Both the position numbers and the translations under genes were made by a program. DNA of 33,809 bases, taken from assembly GCF_006345805.1 (NCBI RefSeq), contig NW_021831972.1:1-33809 (forward strand), written 5' to 3'. This document shows, in pieces, positions 26,501-33,809 of the stretch (the first letter of the stretch is position 1; each line of letters begins with the position of its first letter). The DNA is from Octopus sinensis (lineage: Eukaryota). The notes under the pieces were generated by a model. That model was not told the origin of the DNA. It worked only from the letters and a program-made list of their open reading frames with translations, and ran no database searches.

Positions 26501-27191
26501 GTCAGTGTATGTTATTGACGTTAATATGATAATGCGGACAACTTGCTTTCAGTGGGTGGGAGGTGACCCCCACCTGAGAGGGGTCAATCCATGTCGGGGC
26601 TGGCTTGTCACGCCGACTGACTCCATTTGTTTAGCCACCTCCTCTCCCATTAACACTTTTGTCTACTAGATTGTGGACGATGGACGAAAGACGAAAGGAG
26701 AGTGTTTGCGTGTCTGTCTGTGCGAGTGTGTGTGTATGTGTGTGCATGTGGGTGTGCGTACGCGCGTGTATATTTGCGTGTGTGTGTGAGTTTGTATGGG
26801 TGTGTATGTGTTTGTGTGCATGAGTGTGTGTTGTGTGTGCGTTTGTGTGTATGTGTGTGAGTTTGTTCTTGCATGCATGTGCGTGCGCGTGCTTCCGTGT
26901 GTGTGTATGTGTGTGTGTGTTGTAGAAATGGCGTGTGAGGATGTTTGTGTGAGCAAGAGAGAGAGAGAGAGAGTGAGGGAGGGTGAGAAAGGAGAATCTA
27001 TGACTATATACAACAGAGGTTCTCAATCGGGGTTTATGTGACGCTTGGAGGTCCATATGTGCAATAGACTGGCTAGAGACCACATGGTTTCGATCTGTGC
27101 TGGATCTCCTCGGTACTTGGTCCTCGTTCGGCAGGCATGGCAGCAGTTTAACCTCGCTTACACTCTTTCTCATAATATCTAAATACAAAAA

Positions 27192-27370
27192 GGCGGCGAG
27201 CTGGCACAATTGTTAACGCGATGGGCAAAATGTGTTTCACGACATTTTGACCGTCTTTGTTCCGGGTTCAAATTCCGCCGAGGTTGACATTGATCATCAT
27301 CCTTTTGGGGACCGATAAATAAGTACCCCCTGAAATTGCTGCCCTCGTACCCAAAATTTGAAACTGATAT
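27192..27370 (+). mobile_element. SINE family B (tail type 2, internal deletion)
   Basis: GGCGGCGAGCTGGCAC...GGTTCAAATTCCGCCGAGG...GATAAATAAGTACC...CAAAATTTGAAAC. Confidence 0.8.
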
Positions 27371-27371
27371 T

Positions 27372-27761
27372 TTTCTTATTTACTTGTTTCCGTCATTTGA
27401 TTGCAGCCATGCTGGAGCATCATCTTAAAGGGTTTTTTGTCCAACAAGCCGACCTCAGGACTTATTTTTTAAGCGTAGTACTTATTTTATCGGTCACTTT
27501 AGCCGAACCGCTAGGTTACGAGGACGTAAACACACTAACACCAGTTGTCAAGTGGTGATGGGGTGGTGGACAAACACAGACACAAAGACACACACACACA
27601 CACACACGACGGGCTTCTTTTAGTTTTCGCCTACCAAATCCATTCACAAAGCTTTGATCGGCCCGAGGCTATAGTAGAAGACATCCAATGTGCCAAGCAG
27701 TAGGACTGAACCCGGAACCATGTGGTTGGGAAGGAAGCTTCTTAGTACACAGCTACACCTG
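27372..27761 (-). mobile_element. SINE family A, full length
   Basis: TTACTTGTTTCCGTCATTTGA...GACTGAACCCGGAACCATGTGGTTGGGAAG...CACCTG. Confidence 0.88.
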
Positions 27762-28435
27762 TAAATACAAAAATATTATAAAATTTTTTAAAACATCGAA
27801 AGGCTATAAGGGTTCATCCGCGTAAAAGGGAATCATTGGGGTCCGTACTTAAAAAGTGGCTAAGAACCACTATTATATATCAACCCCACCCCCCATACAT
27901 ACACACGTCAGGCTTGCATGGACGAAAGTGGCTAACCTGTCACGCAGTGGGATTGAACACGAAACGTCGTGTTTTTAAATTGAACATAACAATCCAATCA
28001 CACCCGCACCTCGGTTTCATTTCATAATATGTGGCCAAGATGGAGCATCGTCTCTGAAGGCTTTAATCTATCACAGCACCCCCAATACCTATTTAAATGA
28101 GGTACTTATTTTATCATTCTCTTATTATCGAATTGCAAGGTTATAGACAGACATAGGTTAAAATGTTTAATTATGATGGTATAGATGACGGTGATGATGA
28201 TAGCGATGATGATGGCGATGATGTGAAAATGACAAAGACGGAGATGAAGACCCTTGTGATGATAATGGGGTGATGGTACTGATAATGAAAACAAAGATGA
28301 GGAAGCGGAGGACGGAAAGAAGGAGATAAAAGAGGAAGAGGACACAGTGGAAGTGAAGGAGAAGGAGGACTCAACCGAAAACCATGTGGTTGCAAAGTGA
28401 AATTCTTAACCACAGCCCAGGCCTTCATAAATACA

Positions 28436-28510
28436 GATCCATCCATCCATCCATCCATCCATCCATCCATCCATCCATCCATCCATCCATACATACATAC
28501 ATACATACAT

Positions 28511-28541
<31 letters not shown>

Positions 28542-28600
28542 TACACATTTATACATACATACATATATATATATGTATATATATATGTGTCTATATATAT
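28436..28600. repeat. (ATCC)n(ATAC)n(AC)n(AT)n compound microsatellite
   Basis: Direct reading. Confidence 0.95.
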
Positions 28601-28601
28601 A

Positions 28602-29720
28602 TTTGTGTTCTTACCCGTTTTACCCCGCTGCTTGGAATTTTATTTTAATTCTCTCGCAGGAGGCCTAGTTGCCTTCGAAACACGCCTGAGTTAACTAGCG
28701 ACAGCTGATGACGGTGGATTTTTCCTGTGTGTAGCATGTCCTGCACTTGTTTTTCTTGTTGTAAATTTTTAAATTTTTGTTTTTCCCGTTTCTACGTCTT
28801 GTTGTGGTGTCCTGTACTTACGTATATTTATTTATATATGCATGTATATATACATGTAGATGTAGGTACGTACATATATGTTTGTATGTATGCATATATT
28901 TTTATTTATTACATTATTGTCTGACAGCGCCTCGCGTCGGGTTCGTTTCGATTCGTCGGTTCGTTCCACTTCTTGTCTCCATTTAATTTTTATATAAAAT
29001 ATTTAAGACGCATAATTCTCTCCCTTTGCTTTACCCTCTCCACTCTCTCTCCCTCTCACTCTTCCTCTTTTCTCTCTCTTAGCCGCGTGTCCCCCTCCTC
29101 CTCCCTTCTTTCTCACTGCCAGCCTAAAAATTTCTTTCTTTTGCACGCTGCCTCTGCTACTGAAAAGTCATGCTTTCCACACGCTGCCACACAACATCTT
29201 TCGTCTAGCCCCCCAAAAAAGGCCTTTTCGTTTGTTTGTTTTTTCTCATTTGTTCTCTTGTTTGTTTGATTTCCCGTATTGTATTCTCTTTTTATTTCTC
29301 GTCTTGTATTTTTTTGTACATGTATTTTTATCTTGTATTTTTTTGTACATGTATTTTTATCTTGTATTTTTTTGTGCAGTTTTATTGTTACATCCTGTTT
29401 GTGTTCTTACCCGTTTTACCCGCTGCTGGAATTTTATTTTAATTCTCTCGCAGGAAGGCCTAGTTGACGGTGGTGTGTCCTGTCTTGCCTTCGAAACACG
29501 CCTGAGTTAACTAGCGACAGCTGATGACGGTGGATTTTTCCTTGTATAGCATGTCCTGCACTTGTTTTCTTGTTTGTAATTTTTAAATTTTTTTTTTCCG
29601 TTTCTACGTCTTGCTGTGGTGTCTGTACTTACTATATTTATCTATATAGGCATGTATATATACATGAGATGTAGGTACGTACGTATATGTTTGTATGTAT
29701 AATATTTATTTATTACATTA
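28602..29720 (+). mobile_element. Non-coding element with ~315-bp direct terminal repeats (28602-28916, 29398-29720), pseudo-LTR / Penelope-like
   Basis: TTTGTGTTCTTACCCGTTTTACCC...TTTATTTATTACATTA repeated; pyrimidine-rich spacer with a 29-bp tandem repeat at ~29302-29375; no ORF. Confidence 0.6.
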
Positions 29721-29740
29721 TATATATTATATATATATAT

Positions 29741-29805
29741 ATGGCGATTTGGCGTCTATGTTTAGCATATTAGGTGTCCACTTTAGTGGTTATTCCTCTT
29801 AATTT

Positions 29806-29844
<39 letters not shown>

Positions 29845-29854
29845 TATATATATA

Positions 29855-29894
<40 letters not shown>

Positions 29895-30150
29895 GAGGAA
29901 TAACCACTAAAGTGGACACCTAATATGCTAAACATAGACGCCAAATCGCCATTACCACGAAGAGTGTGTTCTTAAGAAAAATCTCAGCAACGTTTTTTAT
30001 TTCGTATATTTTTATTTGTCTTGCTCATTTTTACATTTTGGCGTTTTGCTGAAATTTTTCTTGAGAACACACTCTTCGTGGTAATGACGATTTGACGTCT
30101 ATGTTTAGCATATTAGGTGTCCATTTTAGTGGTCATTCCTCTTAATTTTG
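29741..30150. repeat. Triple alternating inverted repeat
   Basis: 29741-29809 is the exact reverse complement of 29884-29952; 29887-29990 is the reverse complement of ~30045-30149 with about 6 transitions. Confidence 0.9.
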
Positions 30151-30204
30151 TAACACAAGTTTTTATAATATGCTAAGCCACTGGTTTTATATATATATAT
30201 AATT

Positions 30205-30372
30205 TTAGTACAAGGCCCGCAATTTCGGGAGTACTTAACTGGTACTTAATTTATTGACCCTCAAAGGATAAAAGGTAAAGTTGACCTCGGTGGAATTTGA
30301 ACTCAGAACATAAAGACAGACGAAATGCTGCTAAGCATTTTGCCCGACGGTCTAACGATTCTGCCAGCTCGG
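30205..30372 (-). mobile_element. SINE family B (tail type 2, internal deletion)
   Basis: CTGGTACTTAATTTATTGACCC...GGAATTTGAACTCAGAAC...GATTCTGCCAGCTCG. Confidence 0.82.
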
Positions 30373-30904
30373 TGTCTGATGTTTCTCAGTATATTGACAT
30401 ACGTAGACAATAAGATATATAAACACTTGTGCACATATGCAAAACACGCAATAACACACACACACACACACACACCACACACACACACACACACACATAC
30501 ACACACACACATACATACACACACACACACATACACACACACACGTATACATATACATATTATCATATATATACATCTATATTATATTGTTTTACTTACA
30601 CACACACATACACACCTACAAACAATTTCTTAAATAGATTTACGGACACATACGCACACGTACACACATGCATACGCGCGCGCGCAGTGTGAGTCATACG
30701 AGTGTACAAATACCATGGAATGTACATTGACACATTTCGTCAGTGTTGTGGTGTGGTGATGTGCATCCAAGTGAAACACGAGAGAACCAATATTGCAATA
30801 AGTTTGATGTCTTTTGAGGTGTTTACACACTTACCCACCCCCTCTCGTCTCATCTATTTTATATTTCTTCAACGCCTTTCAGTTATTGAACTGTGGCTAT
30901 GCTG

Positions 30905-31190
30905 AGGTACGTGGTTTGCTGATTAGAGTCTTCGGCTCACAATCGTAAGGCCGTGAGTTCAATTCTCTGCAGTTCATTATATCTTTGAGCAAGACATTTG
31001 ATTTCTCTTTTCTCCACTCCACTTAGCTGATAAACACGAGTTGTACCTGTATAGTTCAAAGAGGCAGTCTTGTCACTCACTGTGTCACGCTGACTCCTCA
31101 ATCCGGCCCTGAGAACTACGTTAAGGGGTATGCTTATCTCTGGAGTGCTCAGCCATTTGCATGTCAAGTTGACGAACACAACTGGCACAG
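30905..31190 (+). mobile_element. Degenerate tRNA-derived SINE (further family)
   Basis: B-box-like GAGTTCAATTC, CTTTGAGCAAGACA motif, tail CCTGAGAACTACGTTAAGGG...GGAGTGCTCAGCCA. Confidence 0.55.
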
Positions 31191-31309
31191 TCGTCATCGT
31201 AACTTAAAATGACATGACATATTTGTAGGTTTAATAAAAGCAACAGAAGAGTAAAGGACGAATAAAAAACAGATCGATATAATAAGTACCAGAGCTAAAA
31301 CGAAAAAAG

Positions 31310-32136
31310 TGTTTTCATTTTCGAAATGTACATATAATGCCATTTTATTTCACTTGGTTTTAAAAATTAAACCAGTCAAATGGGTGCTGTTATTGTCCAC
31401 ACACTGTCGAAAGGCATTCACGAAAGTTGTCCATAACATGACGTGTCATTTCATGTGGAATGGCAGCAATTTCTTGATGAATAGCATCTTTTAATTGTTT
31501 AATAGATCGAGGGCAATGAGTGTATACCTCTGCTTTCAGGTATCTCACAGAAAAAACTGCATGGGTTCAAATCGAGTGATTGGGCAGGCTAACTGATGTC
31601 ACCACACAATGAGATCAAATGACCGGGGAACATCTCCCTCAAAATCCCCAACATATATCAGTGTGGACTGCTGCCCCATCCTGTTGAAACCAAACACTCT
31701 CCCTTCGTCAAGTTCTTTCAATTTGGGTTTCAGAAAATTCTCTAGCATCACACAATATTGATCAAAGTTCACAGTCACTGTAACATTGTCTTCTTCGAAG
31801 ATGTACAGACCTCAAATGCCAAATTCTACTGCTGTAGAATTTCAAGTAGTTATGGGATCATGATGACCAAGTCTTAAGTGCATATGGAACAATCTTCATG
31901 TTGCAGCTACAGATCCGTTGTCCTTGATAAACATTTCCCCAATGAAAGTGCAATGCTCACTCGTCCAATGCATGTTAACAACTGAAAGCAAAATGAAACA
32001 AAATGTCACAAAATTGCACCTATTGAAACAAAATGGCATTATATGTACATTTCGGAAAGAAAAAATTTTCATTCTTTTCTCTATTTCACTTTTATTAAAC
32101 CTATAAATGTGTCAAATCATTTTGCCGCACCCTGTA
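31310..32136 (-). mobile_element. Tc1/mariner-type DNA transposon remnant with long TIRs
   Basis: Minus-strand VTVTVN..QY..ML..FL.P, VWFQQDGAAVHT and GDIS*PAQSLDLNPC; inverted CGAAATGTACATATAATGCCATTTT (31322 vs ~32055); right end GCACCCTG + TA. Confidence 0.85.
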
Positions 32137-32149
32137 AATATGTAAGTGA

Positions 32150-32368
32150 ATTCTGCCTGTGTTTGTGCTTGTCTTCCACCGCTTGTAACCGGCGTTATTT
32201 TGTTTATGTCTCCTCAACTACGGGGTTCGTAAAAAAAAACGAAAAACAGACTAAGTACCAGAATAAGTACCAGAGCTAAAAAAAAAAGTACTGGACGTCA
32301 TTTGTTTGACCCTTCAAAGTGGTGCCCATCATGGCCGCAGCTCAATGTGCGAAACAAACAAAAGAAAT
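32150..32368 (+). mobile_element. 3' part of a family A-like SINE
   Basis: GAATAAGTACCAG...GGTGCCCATCATGGCCGCAG...GAAACAAACAAAAG. Confidence 0.65.
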
Positions 32369-32373
32369 TATAT

Positions 32374-32414
<41 letters not shown>

Positions 32415-32419
32415 ATATA

Positions 32420-32864
32420 TCATCATCATCATCATCATCGTTAACGTCCGATTTCCATGCTAGCATGGGTTGGACGATTTTGACTGAGGGCTGGCGAACC
32501 AGATGGCTGCACCAGGCTCCAATCTTGATCTGGCAGAGTTTCTACAGCTGGATGCCCTTCCTAACGCCAACCACTCCGAGAGTGTAGTGGGTGCTTTTTA
32601 CATGCCACCGACACGGGGGCCAGTCAGGCGGTACAGGCAATGACCTCGCTTGAATTTTTTTATACGTGCCACCGGCACAGGTGCCAGTGAAGCGACGTTG
32701 GTAACGATCACGCTCGAATGGTGCCCTTTTACATGTCACGGGTACGGAAGCCAGTTGGCTGCTCTGGCAACGATCACGCTCGGATGGTGCTCTTGGCACC
32801 CTACTAGCACATGCACAAGTGCCAGTAAGGCGACGCTGGTAACGATCATACTCGAATGGTGCCC
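32420..32864 (-). mobile_element. 5'-truncated SINE-like element with (TGA)n tail and an internal ~65-bp minisatellite
   Basis: Minus-strand GGTTGGCGTTAGGAAGGGCATCCAGCTGTAGAAAC...CCCATGCTAGCATGG...GGACGTTAACGATGATGATG; about 4 repeat units at 32590-32864. Confidence 0.75.
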
Positions 32865-33057
32865 AAAGAAATCATTGCTATTATTCCTGTGGGAATAAAA
32901 TGATGTAATTTTACATCATTGTAAAACAATGTAATCATCTTGTCAGGGAAAAAAGAGAATCAAAGCACATCAATAAGCCATTTTAACCGAAAGTGAATAC
33001 CGTGCATATGATTGAAGGGATGATGATGATGATATATATATTTTTTTATTATTTTGT

Positions 33058-33465
33058 TCTTTTACTTGTTTCAGTCATTTAACTGCAGCCATGCGTGACC
33101 ACCACCTTGAAAGGGTTTTTTAGTCGAACAAATCGACTCCAGGACTTATTTTTTAAGCTAAGTATTTATTCTGTAGGACTCTTTTGTCGAAGCGCTAAGT
33201 TACGAGGACGTAAACACATCAGTACCGGTTGTCAAGCAGTGATGGGGGACAAACACATACAAAAACACCCACACACACACACTCACACACACACACACAC
33301 ACACATACACACACACACATATATATATATACGATGGGCTTCTTTCAGTTTCCATCTACCAAATCCACCCGCAAAGCTTTGATTGGCCCGAAACTATAGT
33401 AGAAGGAACTTACTCAAGGTACCACACGCACTGGGACTGAACCCGAACCATGTGGTTGAGAAGCA
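33058..33465 (-). mobile_element. SINE family A (head slightly truncated)
   Basis: CTTTTACTTGTTTCAGTCATTT...CTGGGACTGAACCCGAACCATGTGGTTG. Confidence 0.87.
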
Positions 33466-33504
33466 GATTGCGCGTGCGCGCGTGTTATGTATGTGTATGT
33501 GAAG

Positions 33505-33546
<42 letters not shown>

Positions 33547-33809
33547 ATATTATTGCTGGCAATGGGCTTTTGTTCGTAGCCACAAACTGTCATCTCATTT
33601 AGGAGAGAATGGAATGACTGACAGTCACAGATGCTCAGTCCAAGTGAAGAAGAGGGAGAGTATTACAACTAGAGTGAGATGTGGTTAGGGGACAACTATT
33701 TCTGGAGTAGTAGGTAGTTTCATCAAAGTGAGACTGCGAATGTTCCTCATAAATTTTGCAAGAAATATATTTTCATTTAATTTCATACTTTATATTGAAA
33801 CAGTGGTCG

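Larger units (their letters stand above)
27014..27872. mobile_element. Old hAT-type MITE interrupted by two SINEs
   Basis: CAGAGGTTCTCAA at 27014 and CTAAGAACCACTA ending 27872 resemble CAGTGGTTCTCAA TIRs; GGTCC subterminal motifs; TSD only 5/8. Confidence 0.5.

Noticed and set aside
26045-26669. 192-aa poly-Thr/poly-Pro mucin-like ORF
   Set aside because: Made of (ACC)/(AAC) repeats open in several frames on both strands; no splice or homology support
26550-26700. GC-richer unique segment after a CTTTCAG acceptor-like site, with a TGACCCC/GGGGTCA hairpin
   Set aside because: A 7-bp stem and an AG acceptor are expected by chance; no donor or ORF support
28670-28720. Canonical active hammerhead ribozyme
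   Set aside because: CTGATGA and GAAAC are present but stems I-III cannot be formed by eye; kept only as an unexplained motif
32590-32864. CRISPR-like repeat array
   Set aside because: Units are degenerate tandem repeats with no unique spacers; eukaryotic context with no cas genes

Overview
AT-rich, microsatellite-saturated eukaryotic non-coding DNA. The SINE and microsatellite content resembles octopus (coleoid cephalopod) DNA, which is an inference from pattern recognition. No host protein-coding exon can be supported; every convincing coding signal is transposon-derived. Contents: (1) a near-full-length RTE-clade LINE (APE endonuclease + RT, one frameshift, 9-bp TSD, (TGA)7 tail beginning at the stop codon); (2) two young 5'-truncated Tx1/L1-type LINE copies, both inside a (TCTA)n array in the same register, plus an older diverged relative and a ~60-bp 3' stub next to (ATC)n/(ATT)n; (3) a decayed R4/Dong-type RLE LINE ending at (TAA)n; (4) a hAT element with an 8-bp TSD and a transposase remnant, two hAT MITEs and a Tc1/mariner remnant; (5) about 15 tRNA-type SINE copies or fragments from several families, including a dimer with a 16-bp TSD; (6) several Penelope-like direct or inverted repeat structures. 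The most notable signal is a candidate microsatellite-targeting Tx1 LINE system: a structured 3' UTR with a compensatory base pair, and a 3' terminus shared with a SINE subfamily, suggesting a LINE-SINE partnership. All alignments were done by eye.
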